A stretch of DNA of 64,000 nucleotides from Eledone cirrhosa (GCA_964016885.1 OZ024745.1:23622001-23686000), one strand, 5' to 3'. Counted from the first letter of the stretch, positions 48,367-62,321 are shown. Numbers and translations: made by a program. The notes: generated from the letters alone by a model not told the origin.

Positions 48367-49981
48367 TATATAATTAATTAATTCTATTAATATATTGAAC
48401 CTGTCGATAAATCATTAGATTCCTTCATCTTTTTGACTGATTATACACTCAAGTAAAAATAACTTTTCTTCCTAAATATAAATAAATATAATAAACTATT
48501 CTAGAGAAATATACTGAGGGCTCTTAAAAGGAGAACATATTTCTTATATTTTTTATTTTTTATTGTTTGATAGTTTCTCCTATTTTCGAAAGTTTATCCT
48601 TTCAAAGTTTCTGTTTATTTCTCTTATGGATATAATATTAAGTTAAATATACAATATACGTAGAAAATTTCTATACTAAATCTATTAAACATACTATTAT
48701 TTTGAAATTATAACTTGAAATATTCTATAATATTTTAAAGTTATATTGTTTTTAAAGTTATATTGCTTATAATTATATTTCCAAATCGTAATATAATTCT
48801 TTTGTATTTTATGTACTTCAATTATACTATGTACTGTATTTATATATACTTCTCTCTCTATATGTGTGTATATATGTATATGTGTGTATTGACATACATG
48901 TACATATGTTTTATGCGTGTATGTCTATCTGTATGTATATATATACGTGATGCGTATCTACCTATTTGTGTGGGTACATATATGTATGTATATGTGAGAA
49001 TTGTGTATGTACATGTGCGTGTATATCCATACAATCGATTGCACTTATGATTATCCCAAGATTCGTGACAAATAGACATATAATAAGAGCCATAAATACA
49101 TAACAGGTAATCTTATAAAACTTATATAAAAAAAATTTTGTTTAATAACATAAAGTGTGTATAACATAAAATTTCCTTTAATATCTTAACAATTGTAGCA
49201 TTCATATAACTATATAACATTCCTTTCCTTCTCTGATTTTATAAGATTCCTATATCTTAAATTAAAGAATCGTTTATATTTTGTATGTATATATTATATA
49301 CGTAGTTAGATATGTATATATATTTTTATAAGTGTGTATATATATTTATATGTATGTATTTTTGCGTGTGTATACGTGTTATATAATATATAGATCTTTA
49401 ACAATATAATAATATATAGATTTCTTAATATACAGATCCCAATTTTTAATATATTGATCTCAATATTTAACTGATTAACTAAACATCTAATCATATTTAA
49501 ACAATGGTTAAATTTCTCATATTATATAGGTATATTCCATTCATGATTATTAACATTTCTAATTTTATTTATTCATTTCATCTCAATTGTTAAGATAACT
49601 CAACAAGATATGACTTAGAGTTCTTCGTTCTCTCTCCTTTCTCTGTCTCCTCTCTCTATCTTTCTCTCTCTCTGTTGTTCTGCTCTTTCTCTCTCTTTCC
49701 TTCTCTCTCTTTCCTTCTCTATCTTTCTCTTTCTCCGTAATCCCAACGGCTTATTTTAAAAATATCCAATACTGACTTACCTAATAATTAAAGCTACAAC
49801 TCCACTATCTGGGAGCTTCCAACAGTAATGGTTGCATTCTTTAAGGGTATGTCAATATTTATAAAATTGATCTATATTATATTTTATCTGATGAAAGCAC
49901 ACCATAATTTAACTTGATGTCCTTGAAATGTATAATGAAATAAATCTGGTTTTATAAATATAGTTTCCATTTGTTAATATC

Positions 49982-50040
<59 letters not shown>

Positions 50041-50101
50041 TATATAAAGATACACACACACATACACATATATATATACATATAAATATATATATATATG
50101 A

Positions 50102-50241
<140 letters not shown>

Positions 50242-50259
50242 CATATATATATATATATA

Positions 50260-50742
50260 TAATATATAAGATCAAAAGATGGGTAAAAGAGTTCCATGTA
50301 TTTTATTATGCGCATTTCAAAAACAAATATCATCATACAATAATATTTGTGTTTTCATCAGATAAAATAGGAAGACATGATATGAAGGTTAAAAAACACT
50401 TGTGAATAGTGCAGTTTTAAATCAACATATGAAAAGTAGTTTTAGATTGATGTGTGATATTGGGAAAATATTTTTTTGAGGTGGGGGGAGGTTGGAAAGG
50501 ATGAAAAAGAGGAGGAGATGAGAGTAAAAAGTGGAGGGGGAGGAGTATAATGAGGAAGGATGAGATAGGAGGAGAGATGGGTGATAGAGAGAGAGAGAAA
50601 TGCGCATAATAAAATACATGGTACTCTTTTAACCATCTTTTGATTTTATATATTATGTATACTCCAGTCCTACAAACTGTAGAGTGCTTCTTATCCGATA
50701 TCTGAATTGCTTTATTGTACTACAATAAAACTCACCTCCTAC
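50260..50742 (+). mobile_element. Inverted-arm + tail element in (TA)n
   Basis: 50261-50318 is the reverse complement of ~50596-50653, followed by a ~90-nt tail. Confidence 0.6.
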
Positions 50743-50774
<32 letters not shown>

Positions 50775-50775
<1 letters not shown>

Positions 50776-52354
50776 TATTAAAATAACAGATTAAAGTTTA
50801 AGCAAAGAATCGCTGCTTTCACCCTTAACGGGATCTTCTGAAACTAACAAAGTCAATCTGTAGACGCAGAACTGGATATTTCAAAAAACGTTGCAACCGG
50901 AGGAAGACAGGCAGACGATACTTTGGTTCGTGGTAACGTTCGCTGGCAAAGAACGGGGAAAAACGAATAATACGTCATTAATAGGAGCGGTGAAAAACAA
51001 TTACGCGCAAAGACAGAACCACGTTTATGGTATAAAAGAGGTCGTAGACTAATGTTCTCTTAGGTGGTGCATAGAGACGTTCTCTGGCAATGAACGAAAA
51101 AACGAAGATAATAAGTCATATGTGGAGCGTGGAGAACAATAGCACGCAAAGACAAAACCACGTAAATGGTATAGCAGAAGTCGTAGACTAAAATTAATCT
51201 CCGCTATAGAGTTAAGAACAAAGTAAATAAATACAATACAGAAGTAATAGAAACAAATAAATACATACATGCAAACAGATACGTACATACACAAGCATAC
51301 GCAAAACCTTACCATAGGTATACAAAACCACGCACATATAAATATGTGTGTGTGTGTGTATGCTTGTGTACAAATAAATAAATAATTATATCAACGTATA
51401 TAAGTAAATAAATACGTATATAACAAGCGCACACGCATACCTACATATAAATACACGAATGTTCGGAGACGTAAGTCAACTAAAACAAGAAGTACACATA
51501 TACACACACCCACCATACGTACGAACCTGCATACTCACGCAGACGCAAAACTCCCGTATGCACATAGCCAAACCCTAAATACCAGACTATGTAAAGATTA
51601 TACGCCATAACAGTCAAATATACGTACGAGAAAGTATACTTAACTTCACAAAACATACGGGTAATATATACTTACCTATGCAAATAAGTAAAGGAATAAA
51701 CAAAACATATACTTAGCTCCCACATCAAGACGTAAAATATCCACGTATAGGTCGTGCTATCCGTTAGGGTATAACGTGGGGCTGTAATACAGGAAAGTTT
51801 TGTGCAATTTATGTTTACAAGCCGAAATTGCCTCAGATTTTTTGTTTAAGATATGGTCTGTGGCGTAGAGTATTTCCAGGGCCTCAGCGGCGCAGAGGTC
51901 ACATGGTCTTTTATTTCCGTTATACGATCTAGCCCTAGCTAGGATCTCCCAGTGTAACTTATATTGGGTGTGGTTATCTTTTAGACTCCAGATATAAGCT
52001 GAAAGTGACGTCATATTCCTTCTTAGAGGGTAGCGAAAAGAATGGGTATGCATGTAAAGACGCTGCTTGAAACTATTGGCGGTTAACCCTATGTAGGCCC
52101 TATGGGACGTGGGTGTTACAACCTTACATTTGTAGACAATGTTACTAGAGAGGCATTTCCCGGATAGGGGGCAATCAGCCCGATTCCTACAATTACAGTT
52201 AGTACTAACTACAGGGTTGCACGTGTTCCTACGGCTAGGTAGTTTAGCTAAATTTGAAGCTGTGATGTTATGTGCAAGGTTAGGAGTCGTAGAGTAAGAT
52301 TAAAGTTTAAGCAAAGAATTGCTGCTTTCACCCTTAACAGGATCTTCTGAAACT
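50775..52354 (-). mobile_element. 5'-truncated PLE with a long 3' UTR and an upstream short direct terminal repeat (52297-52354)
   Basis: Open GIY-YIG frame. The terminal repeat at 50788-50846 is duplicated at 52297-52354. Confidence 0.88.
51757..52296 (-). pseudogene. PLE linker + GIY-YIG endonuclease, uninterrupted but 5'-truncated (Naiad-like)
   Basis: Manual translation: YSTTPNL...NCNCRNRADCPLSGKCLSSNIVYKCKV...AYIGLTANSFKQRLYMHTHSF...SLSAYIWSLK...CDLCAAE...LNKKSE..SACKH. Confidence 0.9.
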
Positions 52355-52382
52355 ATTATTAATATTATTATTATTATTATTG

Positions 52383-52751
52383 TCGTTATTCCTTGAATCT
52401 CAGTCATTGATGTTGGTTAACTGGAAAGTCCGTTGGATTGAATATCAAGCCACTACCTGCAGCCTCAGATATTCAGGACGTATCGGAGGGTTCTTGCTGT
52501 TCCAAGCAAGCATGCCTTTTGAAGCGTTCCAAAAAGCGTGAAGGGGCCGATTTTCTTTAACCATCCCTGGAAACTTTTGGAGATAGTCCTCAGTGCGCCT
52601 ATGACAATCGGGATCACTTTGACTTCATGGCAGTTCCAAATCCTTTTCACCTCCCACTTTAGGTCCTGGTATCGGTTAATTTTCTCCCTCTCCTTCTCTT
52701 GCACTCTCGTATCGAACGGGCAGGCCACATCCACAATCAGACACGTCCACA
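52383..52751 (-). mobile_element. R4/Dong-clade non-LTR retrotransposon 3' fragment (restriction-like endonuclease) in (TAA)n
   Basis: IVDVACPFD...EKINRYQDL...VIPIVIGAL...[14 protein letters not shown]. (TTA)n lies on both flanks. Confidence 0.88.
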
Positions 52752-52782
<31 letters not shown>

Positions 52783-52795
52783 ATAAATATGTATA

Positions 52796-52827
<32 letters not shown>

Positions 52828-52838
52828 CATATAAATAT

Positions 52839-52871
<33 letters not shown>

Positions 52872-52925
52872 AATATATATATATATACACATATATATAT
52901 ATACATATAAATATATATATATATA

Positions 52926-52998
<73 letters not shown>

Positions 52999-53148
52999 GT
53001 GTGTGTGTGTGTATGTGTGTGTAATGTTTAGCAGTGCGATATATGATGTTTATTAACTACCTATAAATATACAATTGACTAATGCTACCTTACTACTACA
53101 ACTAATTGGTAGTAATATTCTCTATAAATATTGTTCATTTGTAAATAG

Positions 53149-53530
53149 TAATTGTTTCCCCTTTTGGCACAAGGCCAGCAATTATCCCAGTGCATTACTG
53201 GTACTTTATTTTATCGACCCCGTAAGGAGGAAAGGCAAAGTTAACCTCGATGGGATTTGAACTCAGACCGTAAAGAACCATAACTCAATACTGCAAAGCA
53301 TGCCGTCCGACACTCTACAGATACTGCCAATCCACCGCCATTACAGTTTCTACTTTTGGCATAAGGCCAGCGATTACCCCAGTGCAACACTGGTACTTTA
53401 TTTTATCGACCTCGTATGGATGAAAGGCAAAGTTAACCTTCGACGGATTTGAACTCAGAACACAAAGTGCCATAACTATGCTGCAAAGCAAGATGTATGA
53501 CGCTCTACCGACACTGCCAAACCACCGTCC
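53149..53530 (-). mobile_element. Two tandem family A SINEs (53149-53340 and 53344-53530)
   Basis: Two consecutive reverse-complement matches. Confidence 0.85.
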
Positions 53531-53788
53531 TATTTGTAAATACTAATGTGAAGCAGAATGTAGTCGAACTTCGTAACTCTTCGTTATAGATCAGTTGAGT
53601 TACCATTTACACAAGATAAATTAGGTACAGGAAAGAAGTCCACGAGTTGACTCTTTCAGCGTATCTCCCTTTATATTCTCCAGGGTAACACCTTTGAAAT
53701 TCTGTTTGCTGGGAACATGAAGCAACACACTCGTAGTTTTGCGCGTCTGTGAGACAAAAGGAGCAAACGAAAGAATGTCTTTCATTGG

Positions 53789-53879
<91 letters not shown>

Positions 53880-53889
53880 GGAGAGAGAG

Positions 53890-54064
53890 AGAGATGTAAA
53901 ATCTGGACCGCGGCGCCAAGCGGTTTCTGCTTGTAACAGAAGCCAAAATCGCTTGGCACCGCGTTCCGGATTTTAGTTATCTCTATACCCATTCTACATC
54001 GCCCCGTGTGTTGAGTACTCCCATGGTGAGAGGTCTTGTCTGTCCTCGCACTTCGAACAACATG
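53890..54064 (+). mobile_element. Hairpin+tail element distantly related to the 'taggaa' family
   Basis: Hairpin ~53890-53984. The tail has 'tacccattctac...ttgagtact..ggtg', like the 6800-6840 tail. Confidence 0.5.
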
Positions 54065-54148
<84 letters not shown>

Positions 54149-54554
54149 CATATATAGGTTGTTCGTCGTACGTGGGTAATAATATGTTTAGAGGTTTGAT
54201 ATAGGATTTAATTCTTTCATAATTAAATCCCATTTAAAAGCTTCAGTCTATGTCAATACCGATGTACTAATTAGTAAATCTGATATTAAGATAATTATGC
54301 ACGCAATGAAATCCATTTCATTTATTGATTTATTTATTTGTTGATAGCTCATGCTGGATCAATACTTTTTTTAAAATAGAGAAGAGATATTTGATATTTC
54401 CAAAGGAGAATACGACTGGGCTGAATTATGTGAAATTATTTGAATATATATTTTTGGTTCTTTTACATAAAACATTGCGATGTCGCTTATACAGTGACGA
54501 TGCCCTCTTAGTGATGAACAACATAACTTTAGAAAATATTTCATTATTATAGTT

Positions 54555-54741
54555 TAGGCGGTGGATTGGCAGTATCGGTAGAGGGTCGGACGCCATGCTT
54601 TGCAGAAAAGAGTTACGGCCCTTTATGGTCTGAGTTCAAATCCTGCCGAGGTTTACTTTCATCCTTACGGGTCGCTAAAATAAAGTACCAGTAATACACT
54701 AGGATAATTACTGGCCTTGTGTCAAAAGTAGAAACAATTAC
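54555..54741 (+). mobile_element. tRNA-derived SINE family A
   Basis: Full-length match. Confidence 0.85.
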
Positions 54742-54867
54742 TATAGTTTATGAATTATAGTTGGTACTAATTCTAGTATAGTCAATCCTTTGGATATAAT
54801 TTAAAATTACGATAGCAATAAATTTTGATCTCATTAAAAACCAAAGGCAATATTATTTTGGAAGAGA

Positions 54868-55555
54868 CCATTTTGCCGGTCCCGGTAAAATAGACCTCCA
54901 GGCTATTTTGCAGGTAATAGTGTCAGATACCATGCTCTGCAGTATAGAGTTGGGGCCCTTTACTGTCTCAGTTCAAATCCCGCCGAGGTTAGCTTTGCCT
55001 TTCATCCTTACGGGGTCGATAAAATAAAGCGCCAGTAATGTACTGGGGTCAATTTAATTGACGTTCCCTTCTACCAAAATGGCTGGCCTTGTACCTAAAG
55101 TAGAAATCATTATTCCATTATTATGAAGGCAGGTAACGTTAAAAATAACAACACAGATTTAACACAGAAGTTTATTTATTTTCACCACCAATTATTAAGA
55201 CAATTAAACCCTAGCCCTAACTCAAACAAAAACCCAACACTAATACTATTTATATTTACCGGGGATCGGTAAAAAATTGTCGATCGACATTCGTCAAATC
55301 GGACCGAGGAAACAACGTTTCCATTGATCTTTCCAATTGCTAATACTATCTATCGGTCTCAACTCCAGGTAGAAGGAGCAACATAAAATGACTTCCTCAG
55401 GGACATAACGCATCGCCCGGTCCAGAAATCGAACTGACAACCTCACGATTGTGAATCCAGTTATCTAACCAATCAGCCACACGCCTTCACTGGGGATCGG
55501 TAAAATAAGCTTTAAAAGCCTGTTTGTCTATTTTACCGGGACCGGTAAAGTAGCC
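54868..55555. mobile_element. Second copy of the SINE-carrying MITE, with a nested CORE-like SINE
   Basis: TIRs as at 14971-15404. Family A SINE at ~54915-55112. The insertion at 55275-55491 has a 14-bp TSD (ggggatcggtaaaa). Confidence 0.82.
55275..55491 (-). mobile_element. tRNA-headed CORE-like SINE (family B)
   Basis: Reverse complement of 62322-62537, with a TSD. Confidence 0.8.
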
Positions 55556-55755
55556 TATTTGTATTATTTTATATAACTAAGAATTGAAACTAACAACCAA
55601 ATATTCTACGAAATGTTATCCCCAATATTAATATCTTTTTTATCTTCCGGTGGGTGGGGGACACGTTTATTGGTTCATTCCTACATACCAATCTTTACAC
55701 TCAGCACCCGCTCTACCCTATTGCCATTGAGCAGCTTAAAACTAGTTTATGCCAA

Positions 55756-56565
55756 CTAGCAGAAAAAAACCACCCCTCGGGTGGTTTTCTGCCAGCATGT
55801 GTAGTGTGCATATTGATATTATACGCATGTATATATGCATGTAGATATGATACATCAAATAACATCGTAATTGACAATATACACAGAAATTGAACGAAGA
55901 CTGCGTTACACTGTCTTATGTAATCAGGAACATAATCCATGATACATTAAAAAAAGACGATATTATATACAAACTGCATTAGGAGGAAATTAGTGACGGA
56001 AATATATGAATGTTTATTTAACCCTTTAGCATTTGCATTACTCTATATTTACTATTGTATTTTACTGTAAACACTTTATCTCACATAATTATCTCACATA
56101 TTATCGAATCTATGAGATTTTGATATTATTTATTTTGAGAACAATACCTTAATATCAGTATGAGTAGTCAGTTATGGCCGGTTTCAACAGAAAGAAGGGA
56201 GATAATTGTGGCAGGAAATGGCCGGTTTAAATGCTAAAGGGTTAAGCGATCGCTAAGCGGAAGTGTTGACATTTGAAAATTTGAAAATCTTAAAATAAAC
56301 AACAAAATTATTTATATTTAATCAAGAATAACGAAATTTAGTAGATAAATTATGTAATATTCATTCATTATTTATTCACATCCCGTCGAGGTTAACTTTG
56401 CCTTTCATCCTAACGGGGGTTGATAAAATAAAGTACCAGTAATACACTGGGATAATTGCTGGCCTTGTGCCTATTGTAGGAACAATTATTTATTCAAAGT
56501 AATCCAACTTATTTTACAAACGGGATAAAAGAATGTATTCTGGACGCAGTCCTACACTCCTTTCT
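55756..56565 (-). mobile_element. Helitron-like element (copy B type end) with a nested piggyBac MITE and SINE fragment
   Basis: CTAG plus hairpin at 55756-55796. Body is homologous to 3395-3960. Confidence 0.65.
56022..56241. mobile_element. piggyBac-type MITE
   Basis: TTAA|ccctttagcattt ... aaatgctaaaggg|TTAA. Confidence 0.85.
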
Positions 56566-56814
56566 TCTTCTTCTTCTTCTTCTTCTTCTTCTTCTTCTTC
56601 TTCTTCTTCTCCTCCTCCTCACTGCCACTACCACCCTGTCCACTCTGTCTTAATTCCCACTCTTTAATTACCCCCCCCCCCCCCCCGCCGAGTCTTACCT
56701 TACTTGTACTGTCTCTGCTATTGAATGTTAGTTCTTAACTGATAAACAGGCGAAACCTCAGAGTAATAGGATTCATAAGTATGTACGACCAATGGTTTCG
56801 AGGGTTCCAAAATG

Positions 56815-57172
56815 ACCAGTGTATTACTGGTACTTCATTTTATCGACCCCGTAAGGATGAAAGGCAAAGTTAACCTCGGCGGGATTTGAACTCAGAATAG
56901 CAAGGGCCGTAACTCTATGCGTCAAAGCATGGCGTCCGACCCTCTAGAGATGGTGACATAGAGCTTGTGGTATAGAGATGGTGGTATAGAGATGGTATGG
57001 AGATGGTGGTATAAAAATAATTGTTTCTACTTTTGGCACATGGCCAGCAATTATCTCAGTGCATTACTGGTACTTTATTTTATCGACCTCGTAAGGATGA
57101 AAGGCAAAGTTAACCTCGGCGGGATTTGAACTCAGAAGGTAAAGGGCCATAACTCTATGCCATAAATCATGG
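56815..57172 (-). mobile_element. Two family A SINE copies (56815-56947 and 57018-57172)
   Basis: Reverse-complement matches. Confidence 0.8.
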
Positions 57173-57650
57173 GGTGGTATAAAAATAATAAACAAAGGAC
57201 ACAGAACTCCATGGTCATCGATATATATATATATATGATTTTATATGTGATTTTAATCATTTCCAGTACATTTGCGCCTTCTATCTCTCTACGTCGCCAT
57301 AATCTCTTTGTCTCTGTCCACCAGTTCGGTCAGATTCTATCTATATGTAGCTATAGTCCTGTCCACTTGTCAGCCTCATTTTCTGTCATATTTTTCTGTG
57401 TATCAGTCTCTCTCAGCTGACAAACCGATAGCCAGGCTGATAGACAAGCAGACAGAGATGCAGTCAGACAGACAACATGTCTGTCTGTGTGTCTGCTTGT
57501 CTATCAGCCTGGCTATCGGCCTCTCTGTCTCTCTGACTCTCTGTCTGTCTGTCTGTCTGTCTGTCTGTATAACTGACATAAAGCTGGCATTGGTGTCGGC
57601 TTAATCGAAAAATAACATGTTAGGTTTATTGGGAGAACAGATGCTGTTAA

Positions 57651-59180
57651 TGGTGGTGGTGGTGGTGGTAGTGGTGGTAGTGTTGGCGGTGGTGGTGGTG
57701 GTGGTGGTGGTGGTGGTAGTGTTTGCGGTGGTGGTGGTGGTGGTGGTGGTGGTAGTGGTGGTAGTGTTGGCGGTGGGGTTGGTGGTGGTGGTAGTGGTGG
57801 TAGTGTTGGCGGTGGGGTTGGTGGTGGTGGTGGTAGTGGTGGTAGTGTTGGCGGTGGTGGTGGTTGTGTTAGCGGTGGTGGTAGTGGTGGTGGTGGTGGT
57901 GGTGGTGGTAGTGGTGGTGGTGGTGGTGGTAGTGGTGGTAGTGTCGGTGGTGGTGGTGGTGGTGTTGTGGGGTAGTGGTGGGGTGGGGGTGGTAGTGGTG
58001 GTAGTGTTGGCGGTGGGGTTGGTGGTGGTGGTAGTGGTGGTAGTGTTGGCGGTGGGGTTGGTGGTGGTGGTGGTAGTGGTGGTAGTGTTGGCGGTGGTGG
58101 TGGTTGTGTTAGCGGTGGTCGTAGTGGTGGTGGTGGTGGTGGTGGTGGTAGTGGTGGTGGTGGTGGTGGTAGTGGTGGTAGTGTCGGTGGTGGTGGTGGT
58201 GGTGTTGTGGGGTAGTGGTGGGGTGGGGGTGGTAGTGGTGGTAGTGTTAGCGGTGGTGGTGGTGGGGTGGTAGTGGTGGTGGTGGTGGTGGTGGGGTGGT
58301 AGTGGTGGTGATGTTGGTGGGATGGGGGATGGTGGGTGGAGTGGTGGGGCCTGGTGTGGTGGGGGTGGATGGTGGGGTGGGGGTGGGGTAGTGTTGGCGG
58401 TGGTGGTGGTGGTGGTAGTAGTGGTGGTGGTGGTATGGTGGGGTGGTGGTGGTAGTGGTGGTAGCGGTGGTGGTAGTGGTGGTGGTGGCGGTGGTGGTAG
58501 TGTTGGCGGTGGTGGTGGTGGTGGTGGTGGTGGTGGTGGTAGTGGTGGGGTGGTGGTGGTAGTGGTGGGGTGGTGGTGGTGGTAGTGGTGGTGGTGGTAG
58601 TGGTGGTAGTGGTGGTGGTGGTGGTTGGGTGGTTGTGGTAGTGGTGGTAGTGGTGGTAGTGGTGGTAGTGGTGGTAGTATTGGCGGTGGTGGTGGGGTTG
58701 GTGGTGGTGGGGTGGTGGTGGTGGTGGTGGTAGTGTTAGCGGTGGTGGTGGTGGTGGTGGTAGTGTTGGCGGCGGTGGTGGTGGTGGTGGTCGAGGAGGG
58801 GGGTTGTTGTTGGTGGTAGTGTTGGCGGTGGTGGTGTTCGTGGTAGTGGGGGTGTTGTTGTTGGTGGTAGTGTTGGTGGTGGTGGTGGTAGTGTTCGTGG
58901 TGGTGGTGGGGGATGTTGTTGTTGGTGGTAGTGTTGATGGTGGTAGTGTTGGTGGTGGTGTTGGGGGTTGTGGTGGTGGTGGTGGTGGTGGTGGTGTTAG
59001 TGGTGGTGGTGGTGGTGTTAGTGGTGGTGGTGGTAGTGGTGGTGGTGGTGGTGGTAGTGGTAATGGTGGTGTATATAGTAGTGGTGGTGGTGGTGGTGGT
59101 GGTGAAAGAGGTGGTTGTGGTGTAGGTGTTGGTGGTAGTGGTAGTGGTGGTTGTAGTAATGATGGTTGTGTTGATGATGG
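57651..59180. repeat. (GGT)n compound array including a ~240-bp internal duplication
   Basis: 57770-58010 recurs at 58010-58250. Confidence 0.95.
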
Positions 59181-60005
59181 AGGTATCGCCGCTGAAACAT
59201 TCGTGCAATATTGCTTGGAGTGGTTTTGGCGCTGATCACGTAATTAGTTTTGGCGTCAATGTACTGAAATCGTGATTGTTGTTGTTTAACCCTAGGCCAC
59301 ACTTCATTGAGCGCACTTATGACGATCAACTGATTTCCAGCTGTGACCATCTCATCTTTTTTATCTATCAGGGAGTATAATGACCAATATAACCTTCTTC
59401 GTATATGATAACATGGTGTTTTTTTTAATGATTTTTTATTTATTTGGCTGCTATTTTTTGCAAGTTGAGTGACCCCATGCAGTCTCCTTGCTACGTGGTA
59501 GTGGGACTGTGGTTATTGTTCTTGTTATTATTTAACCACCGGCCAATCCTGATAAGATCATACTTATAACCATGAGAATCCCAACTTGGTCTCGGTCAAA
59601 TTTTATCCCAAACTAGGTGCAATTTGATTGGTTGATATTTTAGCCGTCGGAAAACCATTTCGTGTCTCTCCCAGTTGTCTCGGCATGATTGCCTTATATG
59701 GTAGTTGGTGGTTTCGCGATTTCTTTTGCATTTAGAATAAGCCTAGTGCTGCTAGAAAGCTCATGGTTGCGTTCTGCATGAAGAACAGATAATTAAGTGC
59801 AGATTATCATGTTTGAATTGGAGGAGGTTCAACGAGACGGAAACATCTCCAGAATATTCACCGTAGCGTACAAAGATCTGACCAACTCATCCACCTAACA
59901 GAAACTTTACATAATCTAATTCATTTTTGTTGTGAGAGTGGTGGTGGTGGTGGCGGTGGTGGTGAGGATAGAGATGGGAACAAGAATGTGACTGCAGAAT
60001 TTATA

Positions 60006-60222
60006 ATAATTGTTTTTCCTTTAGGCACAAGGCCAGAAGTTTGAAGGGGATGGGGGAAAGTCGATTAAATCGACCCCAGTACATTACTGGTACTTTATTT
60101 TATCGACCCCGTAAGGATGAAAGGCAAAGCTAACCTCAGCAGGATTTGAACTCAGTTCGTAAAGAGCCGTAACCCTATGCCATACAGCATATTGTCCGAC
60201 GCCCCACCGATACTACCAATTG
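60006..60222 (-). mobile_element. tRNA-derived SINE family A (long variant)
   Basis: Reverse-complement match. Confidence 0.8.
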
Positions 60223-60845
60223 GCGTCAGTGTAGAAACCTCTCGAGGTTGTTGTTTAGCCCATGGTGTTAGCCCTGATCGAGTATATGTACGATGAAAGG
60301 TATTCGACCCCTATAATCATTTCAAATATTGTTTTCTATCAGACGTAGTGTATATAGGGCGATAATATCCATTGTCTCTCTCGTCATATTGTATATATGA
60401 TCGGGTATTATATGAGGAGAAATATATGGCTGCTATTTCTAGCAAGTTGTGTAAACTTGTAGACGTTCCATGGTGATAGTGGCTGGAGGATAATGGTAAT
60501 AATGATGATGGTAGTGATGATAATGGTGGTGATGGAGGTGGTGGTGGAGGTGGGTTGATGGTAGTGGTGGTGATGGAGGTGGTGGTGGTTGGTGGCGTTG
60601 GTGGTTGTAGTGATGGTGTTGTTGGTGGTGGTGTTGGTGGTAGTGATGGTGATGGTGGTGTTGGTGGTGTTATTAGTGGTGGTAATGATGATGGTGTTGA
60701 TGATGATGATTGCTTTTGTGGTGGTGAGCTGAAGGAGTGTTAGACCCGCGGCTATTACCGAAGGGACTGACTGTTAAATTGAGCAGATGACAAGAAGTAA
60801 TAAGACAACCAACACCACAAGAAGAAGAAGAAGAAGAAGAAGAAG

Positions 60846-60876
<31 letters not shown>

Positions 60877-60899
60877 GACAAAGATATTTAGATAACTCA

Positions 60900-60900
<1 letters not shown>

Positions 60901-60930
<30 letters not shown>

Positions 60931-61430
60931 CTTCTTCTTCTTCTTCTTCTTCTTCTTCTTCTTCTTCTTCTTCCACTTATTAATGGGAGGGTCATGGAGT
61001 GCAGAGTCCTCAAACAGTTCTTCCAGCGGGTCCTGTCAGAAGCAACCGTCTCCAATTGATCTGGCGAGATCCCCCAGAGAGCCCAGCCAAGCTCTTGAAT
61101 GTTATCCAACCGGAGACGATCGCTGTCTACTCCTGGCCTCCTCCCGATTCGCTTTTCCCGTAAAAATCTGTCCAAAGATACTTTCCTGAGATATTCCAAC
61201 CACATGCCCACAATATCGGAGCTGTTATCCTTTGATTCGGAGAAGTAGTGACTCTACCTCGAGTAACTCTCTGATCTCCGAGCTACGCAATCCATCAAGC
61301 ATCGGTACTCCAAAGACCCTTCGGAAGAACCCCATCTCGGCCGCTTGTATTCACGATCGTATTCTTTCGGTCATTACCCAAGATTCATGACCATAGGTAA
61401 ACGTTGGGACAAATACTGAATTGAAGATTA
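60901..61430 (-). mobile_element. RTE-clade (Rex3/Expander-like) LINE 3' fragment with a (GAA)n tail
   Basis: Minus strand VPTFTYGHESWVMTERIRS*IQAAEMGFFRRV...RRPG...DRTRWK. (CTT)n at 60901-60973. Confidence 0.85.
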
Positions 61431-61755
61431 CACATAATGAAAATACAAAATGGATCAAAATGGTGAAGACGGAAGTGGGCAGTGATAAGAAACAGAAGCT
61501 AATCTCTATAACTAAGGACAATATTCTGTAGCAAGAAAAGACATTACGAATTTGGAATGTTTCAGTACTGGATGTAATTCAACGATTTTGGCTGAAGCAT
61601 CTAAAATTCTTACATTGTCGAATCGGAAATTTTCTAAATGAGTAAACACAAGGAAGTATTCAGGAGTCGGTGGTTGAGGGAGGAACAAATTTGGTCTTTG
61701 GTTGTGAAAGATCTTACGATAGGAAATACTGTAGAAAACAATCGGCAGATCACCT

Positions 61756-61955
61756 ATGAGGGTCGCCTGAAAAGTTCATAAGCTGACCCAGATGCACTCA
61801 TGGAATGACCAAATGAGGTTTATTTTTAAAGATAGTCCTAAGAAAGAAACAATACAGTTGTTAATAAGAAGAGTTGAAATTAATACATGTAAGATTTCAC
61901 AGCTTTAGCATCACTTTTTCATAGTCAGTCCAAGAACTTTTCAGCCAACCCTCAT
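61756..61955. mobile_element. mariner-derived MITE
   Basis: TA|tgagggt..ctgaaaagttc ... gaacttttcag..accctca|TA. Confidence 0.8.
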
Positions 61956-62321
61956 ATCTTAGTCTGTTATGGAAAAGAACAAGAGGTATTTTTTGCTGAG
62001 AAAACACAAGCATTTGTTTGATACAGAACATGTAACCTGTTGTACAGACACAGAACAAGAAACAATCGCTAGTTCCCGCCAGAGACTAACACAAGGAAAT
62101 ACTGCAATGACTGACCAGATTGTAAGTAGCATGGGCCGACATTAAGCAAAAAGCCGATGATAGGGTGATTCTTTATTAGATTGTGTTGTCTATAAACCTT
62201 CTCATCGTTTATTCGTCATTTCCTGTAGTTCTGTCTCGTTTTCAATGAATCTATTGCTAATTTTACAATTATATATGTATATGTACATATATATGTGTGT
62301 GTGCGCGTGTATATATATATA

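Noticed and set aside
57425-57520. Hairpin that looks like a pre-miRNA
   Set aside because: It is built largely from (CAGA)n/(TCTG)n simple repeats, with no supporting evidence.
59180-59208. 'CFSGDT' peptide reminiscent of a Hint/intein N-terminus
   Set aside because: It runs immediately into poly-Thr microsatellite, with no further Hint motifs.
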